A stretch of DNA of 63,854 nt, filler included, from an uncultured bacterium (GTDB taxonomy: Bacteria; Hinthialibacterota; Hinthialibacteria; Hinthialibacterales; Hinthialibacteraceae), in NCBI GenBank assembly GCA_964449065.1. It is 4 parts of 4 records of this genome, joined end to end, with 100 filler letters (N's around TTAATTAATTAA, not from the genome) between each part and the next. Parts side by side here need not be neighbours in the genome. Positions count along the whole stretch, not along the records: positions 16,885 to 33,317 come from CAYVAZ010000084.1; 3 more parts are not named here. The stretch is one strand, 5' to 3'. Both the position numbers and the translations under genes were made by a program. The notes beneath the pieces are model-generated. The model saw only the letters and a program-made list of their open reading frames with translations, made no database searches and was not told where the DNA came from. How positions within the stretch are numbered: the stretch's first letter is position 1; every line of letters starts with the position of its first letter. Positions 18,313-26,614 of this stretch are shown one piece after another.

Positions 18313-19581
18313 ATGCGTTTACATTTTGGAATTGCGATTGTTATGCTCATGGTTGGGCTGAATTCTTTTGCCCAAGACAACATTCAAATCGAGTTGGAAT
18401 TGATCTCGGATGAACTGATATCCCCGGTAGCGGGTGTCTCCGCCAATGACGGCAGCGGCCGCATGTTTATCGTGCAGCAAACCGGGCAGATTCGCATCCT
18501 GCAAGACGGAAATGTGTTGGAAGAACCATTTTTGGATTTGCGGGAGCTGATTCCGCGCGATTTTGTGTTCCCTAGTTCAGCGTTTGATGAGCGCGGCTTT
18601 TTGGGGATGGCGCTGCATCCCAACTTTGCGGAAAACGGACGCTTTTTTGTTTATTATTCAGCACGCGGCGGCAGTTCCGGCTCGAACCATCAATCCGTAG
18701 TGGCGGAATACAGCGTTAGCGCCGATGACCCTAACAAAGCGGATTCCGAAAGCCGGGTTATCCTTACCGTTGATCAGCCGGAAAGCAATCATAACGCCGG
18801 GCAAATGGCCTTTGGCCCAACGGATGGTATGTTGTACATCGGCTTGGGCGATGGCGGCGGCGGGGGTGATCAGCACGGCGCTATCGGTAATGGTCAAAAC
18901 ACCAACAATATTTTGGGCGCAATTATCCGCATTGATGTGGACGGTGCAGAGCCGTATGAAATCCCGGAAGACAATCCGTTTGTCGGTCAAGACGGTGAAG
19001 ATGAAATTTGGGCGTATGGATTACGGAATCCCTGGCGGTTTTCATTCGACCGCGGTGGTACCCATGAATTGTTCTGCGCCGATGTCGGACAAAACCGGTT
19101 GGAAGAAGTGAATATCATTACCCGCGGCGGCAACTACGGCTGGCGGATTATGGAAGGCACGGATTGCTTCATCCCCAGCACCGGCTGTGACCAGACCGGA
19201 CTCATTTTACCGATTGCCGAGTACCCCCACTCGCAGGGGATATCGGTCACCGGCGGCTATGTGTACCGGGGGCAGCGTTTCAGCAGTTTGTTTGGAAATT
19301 ATGTGTTTGCCGATTGGCAGGGGTCCATGTTTTATTTAGAGCGGAATGTGGACAACACATGGACGATGAAGAATTTTATTGTAGACCCCGACGCGCGGCG
19401 TGAGTTTTTGCAAAACCGTTCCGGGCAGCATATCACCAGCTTTGCGGAAGATGAAAACGGGGAAATTTATGTATTGGGAGACCCGCTCAATTCCTCATCG
19501 GCGCAGCGTCCGGGGACCATTCATCTGCTGACTGTTCCCGGAGATGAACCGGTAAGTGTGGAGCAGTGGGAGAAACTGTAA
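18313..19581 (+). CDS. PQQ-dependent sugar dehydrogenase (GSDH/YliI beta-propeller)
   Basis: ERGFLGMALHPNF, NHNAGQMAFG, GLRNPWRFSFD, GGNYGW, SVTGGYVY. Confidence 0.9.
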   Translation: MRLHFGIAIVMLMVGLNSFAQDNIQIELELISDELISPVAGVSANDGSGRMFIVQQTGQIRILQDGNVLEEPFLDLRELIPRDFVFPSSAFDERGFLGMALHPNFAENGRFFVYYSARGGSSGSNHQSVVAEYSVSADDPNKADSESRVILTVDQPESNHNAGQMAFGPTDGMLYIGLGDGGGGGDQHGAIGNGQNTNNILGAIIRIDVDGAEPYEIPEDNPFVGQDGEDEIWAYGLRNPWRFSFDRGGTHELFCADVGQNRLEEVNIITRGGNYGWRIMEGTDCFIPSTGCDQTGLILPIAEYPHSQGISVTGGYVYRGQRFSSLFGNYVFADWQGSMFYLERNVDNTWTMKNFIVDPDARREFLQNRSGQHITSFAEDENGEIYVLGDPLNSSSAQRPGTIHLLTVPGDEPVSVEQWEKL

Positions 19582-19642
19582 GACTAAGTTGCTTTGACAA
19601 AGTGAGTTCTACTTTATGTTTAATATTACGGTGATGCAACAT

Positions 19643-19722
19643 GATGGGCAATGCCGTATCTTGCCCATCGCGATTATGGGTATAAGAGGTAAATCATGAT
19701 GGATACAAAACGACCGCGCCCA
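19643..19722 (+). repeat. GTAG-family REP doublet (REPIN-like), left copy
   Basis: GATGGGCAatgccgtatctTGCCCATC...GATGGAT..AAACGACCG.GCCCA; direct repeat of 20257-20336. Confidence 0.85.
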
Positions 19723-19813
19723 ACTATGAGGCTATTCTAACTGATATTTTCATTGCATCTTGGTATGATTTTTATAAAAAAAAATCCCGTATTAAAGCGC
19801 TTGATACTGAATC

Positions 19814-20008
19814 ATACCAAGAAAAATAAGAGCGTTAATCAAAGATTTGGAAAAAGCCGAATTCATCAATCGTGGTAGAAAAGGCAGCCATAGGAATTTT
19901 GAACATCCAAAAGGAATACGGGTTACGATTTCCGGGAACGTTGGCGATGACGCCAAACCCTACCAAGAAAAGGAAGTGAAAAGAAGCATTGAGGAGTCTC
20001 AAAGATGA
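19814..20008 (+). CDS. hicA: HicA-family toxin with ATA start (possibly inactivated)
   Basis: (I)PRKIRALIKDLEKAEFINRGRKGSHRNFEHPKGIRVTISGNVGDDAKPYQEKEVKRSIEESQR; KGSH motif; ATGA overlap with hicB; in-frame TGA just upstream. Confidence 0.8.
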   Translation: MPRKIRALIKDLEKAEFINRGRKGSHRNFEHPKGIRVTISGNVGDDAKPYQEKEVKRSIEESQR

Positions 20009-20241
20009 CCGAAAGCGCAAAGTACATCAAGATCGTTGAATGGTCGGAAGAAGACCAATGTTTCATAGGTTATTGTCCGGGAATTGTAGGTCCATGTTGT
20101 CATGGTGATGACGAAATCGAAGTCTACCGGGAATTGTGTGGGATTGTTGATGAGTGGCTGGAAATCACTCACCAACAAAATAAGGCGCTACCATCCCCAA
20201 CGATTGGCAGGAACATCACCGAACTGTTACTGTCTGCCTGA
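20005..20241 (+). CDS. hicB: HicB-family antitoxin
   Basis: YIKIVEWSEEDQCFIGYCPG...CCHGDDEIEVYREL...LPSP. Confidence 0.85.
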   Translation: MTESAKYIKIVEWSEEDQCFIGYCPGIVGPCCHGDDEIEVYRELCGIVDEWLEITHQQNKALPSPTIGRNITELLLSA

Positions 20242-20252
20242 ACGAACCAACT

Positions 20253-20336
20253 GTAGGATGGGCAATGCCGTATCTTGCCCATCGGGATTATGGGTATGAG
20301 AGGTAAATCATGATGGATGCAAACGACCGTGCCCAT
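20253..20336 (+). repeat. GTAG-family REP doublet (REPIN-like), right copy
   Basis: GTAG-GATGGGCA...TGCCCATC followed by an inverted second REP. Confidence 0.85.
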
Positions 20337-20520
20337 CCGGGCTGTGGGATCGTTCCGGCTCAAGTAGAGATGGCTATACCTCACCAAAGGATATGGCAGT
20401 CGAAATGGTTGAAGAGGCAGCCAACGCATATGCTTCTACTTGCCGCAAATGTCCAGGTAAAAACGCAAGCAATTGAAGAAATTTCTTGCTGATCAAAAAA
20501 TGTTTTGTATTAAAACCATA

Positions 20521-20699
20521 GTAACAGGTAAGCGGTATGAGGTGAAAAAAAATGGTTTGATTTACTTTTTTCCTCCCCCAATGCAATGGGGGAGGTTAGG
20601 AGGGGGTTAAGGCATTTTCTCAAAGAATCGAATCAACCCTCCCCTAACCCCTCCCAGGCTTGGGAGGGGAAACCTCTCTTCAAACGGCTGACCTATTAC
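20521..20699 (+). mobile_element. GTAA-ended MITE, copy 1
   Basis: GTAACAGGTaAGCG...CGGCTGACCTATTAC termini; interior matches 36279-36453. Confidence 0.75.
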
Positions 20700-20707
20700 T
20701 TTACGGA

Positions 20708-20781
20708 TTATGGCTCTCTTCACACCCCTCTGTCCTCCTTACGTCGGACATCTCCCCCAATCATTTTGGGGGAGACAATGG
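20708..20781 (+). repeat. Dispersed ~75 bp repeat, copy 2
   Basis: Matches 291-366. Confidence 0.8.
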
Positions 20782-20786
20782 CATCG

Positions 20787-20808
20787 GCAAGCTGGAAGCC
20801 TGCACCAC
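20787..20808 (+). repeat. REP palindrome GCA(a/g)GCTGGAAGCCTGCACCAC
   Basis: Inverted copy at 42494-42515. Confidence 0.75.
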
Positions 20809-20922
20809 CATAAAAGACTGTTTGCTGTTCCGTCATTCATAGTGAACTTTTCTATTTGAAAACGGTATAAGATCACAAGAACACAGTTAAATTATTTCAG
20901 ATAGCAAATATGATTTGAAGAA

Positions 20923-20950
20923 TAGGGGAAGCGGTAATATGCTTCCCCTA
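20923..20950. terminator. Stable hairpin, possible terminator
   Basis: TAGGGGAAGC-8 nt-GCTTCCCCTA. Confidence 0.5.
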
Positions 20951-20993
20951 ACTGTTTTATACTCTTCAAGTATTCTTATACCAAAATAATGAG

Positions 20994-21130
20994 ATGTCCG
21001 CTTTCGGTGCGGCTGGTGGGCTGCCGGACATAAGCCGTGTGATATAACTTAGACTCTCTCCCGCTTTTGCGTAGAGCGTAGTCACAGTCTTTAGAGGGTT
21101 GAGCCCACCCTACAATTAGTCCGGACAGTT
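20994..21130 (+). promoter_or_regulatory. Candidate structured mgtE leader RNA
   Basis: Nested stems TGTCCG/CGGACA, GGTGGGCT/AGCCCACC, AGACT/AGTCT and CGCTTT/AGAGCG. Confidence 0.45.
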
Positions 21131-21194
21131 TTCATTTCGATTGGTATTGGTTTCAACTTCATCACAGAATATTTTTCAGAAAGGAGCCTTGGTT

Positions 21195-22592
21195 ATGGAT
21201 GCATCGAGCCATCCGATGTTTGGCAAGTTAATCGAACCGGAAATCAAAGAATTGATTGCCCAAAAAGACTACAAGGCTCTGCGCGAAACGTTGTTGGAGT
21301 TGGACCCTGCCGATATTGCGGAATCGCTGCAAGTGCTGTCGGATGAAGAGCGGGGGTTGGTGTTTCGTATCCTTCCCCATGATGCGGCCGCCGATGTGTT
21401 TGAGCATTTGGAATTTCTTGACCAGGAAACCTTGATTCATTCGCTCAGCAATGAACATGCCGCGCGGCTGCTGGATGAAATGGACCCGGACGACCGGACC
21501 GCGTTTTTGGAAGACTTGCCGGGGATGGTTGCCCGCCGCTTTATCAGCTTGTTGTCACCGGAAGAACGGAATATTGCCACCCGTTTATTGGGATATCCGG
21601 AAGATTCGATCGCGCGGAGGGCCACCCCGGAATTTATTGATATCCAAGAAGATTGGACGGTCAAGCAGGCGTTAAAGCATATTCGCCAAATTGGTGAAGA
21701 AAAAGAAACCATTAATACGGTTTATGTTGTTGATTCAAAGAAAAGGCTGGTCGATGATTTGCGGTTGAAGCAATTGATATTCGCTTCGCCCAAAGCCAAA
21801 ATTTCGGATTTAATGGACCGCCAGTTTATTGCCTTACACGCATTGGATGATCAAGAACACGCGATTGAAGTTATGTCGGATTATGACCGGTTTGTGCTGC
21901 CGGTTGTCGAACGCGATGGAACGTTGATGGGGATCGTGACATCCGATGATATCTTTGACGTGGCGGAAGAAGAAGCCACCGAAGACATCCACCGGCTGGG
22001 GGGGATGGAAGCGTTGGATATCCCCTATTCAGACGCGGGCGTGTTGAAGATGGTGCGAAAGCGGGTGGGGTGGCTGATCGTATTGTTCATCGGCGGAATA
22101 TTGACTTCGGTAACCCTAAACCAATATGAAAAAGCGCTCAGCCAGTTGACGGTGTTGATGTTCTTTTTCCCATTGATTGTAAGCAGCGGAGGGAATTCGG
22201 GATCGCAGGCGGCGACATTGGTTATTCGCGCGATGGCCTTGCAGGAAGTGCAGTTGAAGGATTGGTACAAGGTTATGATGCGTGAGCTGGCTTCGGGATT
22301 TTTACTGGGATTTATTTTAGGAATCTTTGCCAGCATTGTTTTGCAGTTTTGGCCGATTGAAGCCGTACAGGGTGTTTATGTGTGGCAGATTGTTCTGACG
22401 GTATCGGTCGCGGTGATGGGAACGGTGATGATCGGGACTTTGGTGGGCTCGATGCTGCCGTTTGTTTTGCGGAAAGCGGGGCTGGACCCGGCGATGTCGT
22501 CTACACCGTTTGTGGCGACCATCGCGGATATTGCCGGAGTAATTGTGTACTTTACCGTTGCCCAGGTTTTGCTGTCACACGTTTTAACGTAA
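21195..22592 (+). CDS. mgtE: Magnesium transporter MgtE
   Basis: MgtE N-domain, CBS pair, RVGWL, SGGNSGSQ, DPAMSSTPFVATIAD; SD AAGGAG. Confidence 0.96.
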   Translation: MDASSHPMFGKLIEPEIKELIAQKDYKALRETLLELDPADIAESLQVLSDEERGLVFRILPHDAAADVFEHLEFLDQETLIHSLSNEHAARLLDEMDPDDRTAFLEDLPGMVARRFISLLSPEERNIATRLLGYPEDSIARRATPEFIDIQEDWTVKQALKHIRQIGEEKETINTVYVVDSKKRLVDDLRLKQLIFASPKAKISDLMDRQFIALHALDDQEHAIEVMSDYDRFVLPVVERDGTLMGIVTSDDIFDVAEEEATEDIHRLGGMEALDIPYSDAGVLKMVRKRVGWLIVLFIGGILTSVTLNQYEKALSQLTVLMFFFPLIVSSGGNSGSQAATLVIRAMALQEVQLKDWYKVMMRELASGFLLGFILGIFASIVLQFWPIEAVQGVYVWQIVLTVSVAVMGTVMIGTLVGSMLPFVLRKAGLDPAMSSTPFVATIADIAGVIVYFTVAQVLLSHVLT

Positions 22593-22618
22593 AAGAATTA
22601 GCGTGAAGGAATTTAGCC

Positions 22619-23404
22619 ATGCCGACCATTTATGCCATCCAATTCAACCCGGTTTGGGAAGATAAACAAGCAAACTTTGACCGGGTAAACACTATGATTG
22701 ATGGACACCGTTTCAAACCAGGGAGTTTGGTTGTGCTTCCGGAAATGTTCGCGACGGGGTTTGCCATGAATCCCCAAGTGACGGCAAAGGATGAACCGGA
22801 TTTAACATTGAACTATCTAAAAGAAATCGCGGCAAAACACAATGTTTATGTTATGGCAGGGATGGTGGAACCAGGGGACGGCGGCAAAGGAAGGAATGTA
22901 TCGGTCACCGTGAATCCGGAAGGCGAGAGAGTGTGCCGCTATCAAAAGATTCAGCCCATTTCGTTATCCGGTGAGCCGGATTGCCATGAAGCGGGTAATG
23001 AAGTTGTTACATTTTCCTGGGGGCAATTTACGGTATCGCCCTATATTTGTTATGACCTGCGTTTCCCGGAATGGTTTCGAAAAGGGGCGGATTTGGGAGC
23101 GACGTTGTATATCGTGATTGCCTCATGGCCGGATGCGCGGATTCAGCATTGGATCAAACTCTTGCAAGCGCGCGCGATTGAAAACCAAGCGTATGTGGTT
23201 GGAGTGAACCGGTATGGTGAAGATCCGAACGCGTTTATGCCGGGGCGCAGTCTTGTAGTGGATCCTTTAGGAAATATTCTCGCCGATGCGGGCGAAGAAG
23301 AGACAATCATACAAGCAGAAGTTGAGATTGATATAGTGAATCAATTTCGCAGCGACTTGCCCTTTTTGCGTGACCGCCGCCAGGAAGTACAATTACAAGT
23401 ATAA
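22619..23404 (+). CDS. Carbon-nitrogen hydrolase (Nit2/omega-amidase-like)
   Basis: LPEMFATGF, YQKI, ICYDLRFPE, ARAIENQ. Confidence 0.92.
   Translation: MPTIYAIQFNPVWEDKQANFDRVNTMIDGHRFKPGSLVVLPEMFATGFAMNPQVTAKDEPDLTLNYLKEIAAKHNVYVMAGMVEPGDGGKGRNVSVTVNPEGERVCRYQKIQPISLSGEPDCHEAGNEVVTFSWGQFTVSPYICYDLRFPEWFRKGADLGATLYIVIASWPDARIQHWIKLLQARAIENQAYVVGVNRYGEDPNAFMPGRSLVVDPLGNILADAGEEETIIQAEVEIDIVNQFRSDLPFLRDRRQEVQLQV
23365..23383 (+). repeat. 19-bp direct repeat, left copy (right copy at 24913-24931)
   Basis: TTTGCGTGACCGCCGCCAG is identical at both positions and flanks an AT-rich insert. Confidence 0.9.
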
Positions 23405-23501
23405 TTTGAAAAAGCTTAGTGGGTTTATTTTGTTCTTGGCGGTGTAAGGGGTAAGGTAGAAATAGGACAACAACGCTTTACTACAGCCGCACGTCCCTTT
23501 T

Positions 23502-24710
23502 TTACCAGTCCAATGTAAGCTTATCATCTTTAAATACGATAGGGGCGCTCATATCAGCACCAAGCCGTTTTGCTGCATTCAGATAAGGGGCAGCTTTTTC
23601 ACGTTGCCCGGTAATGAGATAGAGTGCACCTAAATATTTGTTAATCGCTCCGTTGTTCGGGTATTTTTTCACTCCTTCTTGCAGAAGTTTACTTGCGCGT
23701 TTTAGGTTCTCATCGTTGAGGTTATTTTTTGATACTTGAGACAGATACAAAATGGATAAATTTTGATAAGCGTTTGCGGTTGGGTTTTCCTCCATTTCAA
23801 AATATTGTTCAAAATATTTGATGGCATCCGGAAAACGAAGCAGTTGAGTATACGAATTTGCAAGATACAAATAATCGAGAGGGTCCCTATTTACTTCTAA
23901 TGGTTCAATTAATTCAATCACTTTTTGATATTGCTTGGTTTTATAATATGATTTAGCCAAAATCCTACCAACCCAAGGTTCTTTTAGTTCATTATAATAT
24001 TTTTCGTACAGGTCAATTAGTATAGAATACTGTTCAAGGTGAAATAATTGAATTGATTCGACATCAATGATTGTGTTCTCATTTGATTTGAAATATTGCC
24101 AAGATGATATTAAAAATTGAATAGAAAGTTCAGATATTCTTACTTTATCTAATAAATAGTACTTCTCATCTATAGAATGTTCCCAATTCATGATACAAGA
24201 TACAGTTTTAAGATCATAACAACCTAATATATGTAGAAGTTCGTGACAAAAAAGCATTTTATTAAGATTATCTTGTCTAGATACTGCATTTTCTAAAAAG
24301 ACAACAAGTGAAGCCTTTTCTTGAACAGCGAAGCCAAAATTTTCTGTTTTGGAATTCATGATTAACACAATAACGGAATCATTGTTATTCCGTTCAAGAC
24401 GCAGTTGTTCCACTATTTCACGCCCTTGTTCTCGCATTGTTTCAGATTCAAAAGGAGAGGCTTCGCTGATCCGTTTAACCTCTTTCATCTGTACAACCAG
24501 AGGAATATAGGGCTTCAAGAACCGATTTGTATAATCAAGCCAAGACTCAACCTCAGATATTTCTTCATTTGTTATTGCTTCATCTTCTGATAGGATATAG
24601 AAAGTGGTGTATAGGATTTTCCGTTCCTCAGCATTATACTCAGAACAATTCCATAAGATTAAGAATAAAACAAGACAAAATAAGATTTTGATGTGAGGCT
24701 TTACTATCAT
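23502..24710 (-). CDS. AT-rich putative lipoprotein: zincin-like HExxH domain plus C-terminal TPRs
   Basis: Hydrophobic N-terminus ending in Cys (ILWNC); CHELLHILGCYD followed by SCIM; TPR repeats. Confidence 0.75.
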   Translation of the reverse strand: MIVKPHIKILFCLVLFLILWNCSEYNAEERKILYTTFYILSEDEAITNEEISEVESWLDYTNRFLKPYIPLVVQMKEVKRISEASPFESETMREQGREIVEQLRLERNNNDSVIVLIMNSKTENFGFAVQEKASLVVFLENAVSRQDNLNKMLFCHELLHILGCYDLKTVSCIMNWEHSIDEKYYLLDKVRISELSIQFLISSWQYFKSNENTIIDVESIQLFHLEQYSILIDLYEKYYNELKEPWVGRILAKSYYKTKQYQKVIELIEPLEVNRDPLDYLYLANSYTQLLRFPDAIKYFEQYFEMEENPTANAYQNLSILYLSQVSKNNLNDENLKRASKLLQEGVKKYPNNGAINKYLGALYLITGQREKAAPYLNAAKRLGADMSAPIVFKDDKLTLDW

Positions 24711-24728
24711 TTTAACTGCCTTTCCACT

Positions 24729-24890
24729 TTACAATCTTTTAATATCTATAACCCCATATTTCAACAGCCGCATAATATGTTTTAATGCTTCATCGCTGTC
24801 AAAATCGTAGCCCTCGGCTAAATAATCTTGTAGAGTGCGCAAATTGCCAACCGGGTTAGTATGAATAAAATCCTGCAAAACCTTTAAACC
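24729..24890 (-). pseudogene. Start-less 3' fragment of a gene, cut at the cassette boundary
   Basis: Open frame GLKVLQDFIHTNPVGNLRTLQDYLAEGYDFDSDEALKHIMRLLKYGVIDIKRL* ending 18 bp before the next ATG. Confidence 0.5.
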
Positions 24891-24934
24891 AACTGCGAAG
24901 TGATTTACCGTCTTTGCGTGACCGCCGCCAGAAC

Positions 24935-26278
24935 TTATGAGTTGGAATGCTGTGCTTTGGGGGCGAACAAGATCACGATGACTCCAAGCAAATAGATAGA
25001 TGCGGTGAAAATCGCTCCGGTTTGATAACTGCCGAAGAAGTTGGTCACGGCTCCGGTACCTAAAACGCCTAAACCCGCGATAATACGCCCTCCGTTATAG
25101 CAAAAGCCTTGGCCGGTGGCGCGAATGCGGGTGGGGAAGAGTTCGGAGAGATATTTGGGCAGCCACCCAAAGAATGCCGTGACAAACACGCCAGCCGCGG
25201 TTCCCATTAGAATCATTTGAATACCATAAGTATCATTGAAATAGAATAAAGATACGACCGACGCCCATGCCATGATGCACAAAAAGGCATACGAGCGTTT
25301 GTTGCCCATCCACATTGCAATTAGCCCGCCCATAAAGCCCCCGGCGATTTGCCCGAAGGACTGCCAGACGGATATCCACGAGCGGGCGGTTCCGGCGAAT
25401 TCGGTCTGCTCGGTAATTTGATCCACATACGTGGGCATCCACAAAAAGGTGCCCCAGGTCCCCATAATGGCGATTGTAGCCAGCAATAATCCTACGATAG
25501 ATGCGCGGCGGTAGTTGGAATCAAACAGATCGCTGATGGACGTATGCTCTTTATTGGCTTTGGATTGCACCCATTGCGCCGGTTCGGGGGTAAAGACGAT
25601 GAACAGCAGGCAGCTAATGCTAATGATACTGCATCCCATAAGGATGGCTTCCCAACTGTAGTTCATTTCGGTCATCCATTGCGAGTAATAGCCGGCCATG
25701 AGATAGCCGACATTGGCACCGGCACCGATAAGCCCCGCCAGCCAGGGACGGTGTTTGGCTTCCCAGGTTTCGACCATCAAGGCGACGCTCAGCGGCCAGG
25801 CACCGCCCAAGCCCAATGCCCCTAAAAAGCGGCAGGCGCAAAAGTGTGTCCAATGTGTGGAGAAGGCGGATAGAGCCGTAAACGCTCCGTAGGTAAGTAC
25901 GGCAAAGATGAGCATACGCGAGCGGCCGTATTGATCGCCCAAGCGCCCGAACATTACGCCGCCGCAGGCCGCCCCCCACAGCCACATCGCGATCGAAAGG
26001 CTGAAGTACCATCCCACGGGGCCGTCGATTTGGGTCGTAAGGACATTGATTTCGTTTTGAATTTGGGCAATGGCCTGCCCGGCTTGAATTAGATCATCTC
26101 TTTGCAGGATGAGTTCCGATTGCCGGGTAATGAGTTCCGGCAAACCGGGGATAATCTCTTTCAATGCTTCACGGCTGACGATGTTGTAGATGTTCTGGAT
26201 AAGACCGTCAAAAGTCCAAGCCAGCCAGCCGGAAAGCAGGGCAAGGTATTTCCAATAGGGATTGTTTTGATAAGGATC
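24935..26278 (-). CDS. MFS transporter, 5' end lost in a scaffold gap
   Basis: GWLAWTFDG, GRLGDQYGR, RFLGALGLGG, ELFPTRIRATG. Confidence 0.9.
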   Translation of the reverse strand, partial: DPYQNNPYWKYLALLSGWLAWTFDGLIQNIYNIVSREALKEIIPGLPELITRQSELILQRDDLIQAGQAIAQIQNEINVLTTQIDGPVGWYFSLSIAMWLWGAACGGVMFGRLGDQYGRSRMLIFAVLTYGAFTALSAFSTHWTHFCACRFLGALGLGGAWPLSVALMVETWEAKHRPWLAGLIGAGANVGYLMAGYYSQWMTEMNYSWEAILMGCSIISISCLLFIVFTPEPAQWVQSKANKEHTSISDLFDSNYRRASIVGLLLATIAIMGTWGTFLWMPTYVDQITEQTEFAGTARSWISVWQSFGQIAGGFMGGLIAMWMGNKRSYAFLCIMAWASVVSLFYFNDTYGIQMILMGTAAGVFVTAFFGWLPKYLSELFPTRIRATGQGFCYNGGRIIAGLGVLGTGAVTNFFGSYQTGAIFTASIYLLGVIVILFAPKAQHSNS

Positions 26279-26378
26279 NNNNNNNNNNNNNNNNNNNNNN
26301 NNNNNNNNNNNNNNNNNNNNNNNNNNNNNNNNNNNNNNNNNNNNNNNNNNNNNNNNNNNNNNNNNNNNNNNNNNNNNN

Positions 26379-26591
26379 CCCGGTATCGATTTCTTCATGG
26401 ATATTATCATCTGTAATGCCTGCTAATAGTTCATCCAGGTGATACTTCTTCTTTGCCGGTTGAATTTGCAAGCTATTGCCGTTAACGCTTATATCGACTT
26501 CGCTTCCAACATCTATATTAAGATTCTCGGCCACAGATTTTGGAATACGGATGGCTAAACTATTTCCCCATTTTGACAATGTTGATTTCAT
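26379..26591 (-). CDS. AbrB/MazE-family antitoxin, 3' end in gap
   Basis: KWGNSLAIRIPK...YHLDELLAGIT..N.HEEIDTG; SD AAGGAG. Confidence 0.88.
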
Positions 26592-26614
26592 TGTTTTCTC
26601 CTTAACGATATACT

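Noticed and set aside
20169..20842. Several 60-86 aa ORFs
   Set aside because: They are translations of REP/MITE repeat DNA
20994..21130. Canonical M-box (ykoK) riboswitch
   Set aside because: The conserved M-box sequence blocks are not present; kept only as a novel-leader candidate
24935..26591. ORF-track entries spanning the gap (491-aa MFS and 127-aa MazE extensions)
   Set aside because: These are artefacts of translating through Ns; MFS and MazE are separate truncated genes, and a MazF gene may lie in the gap
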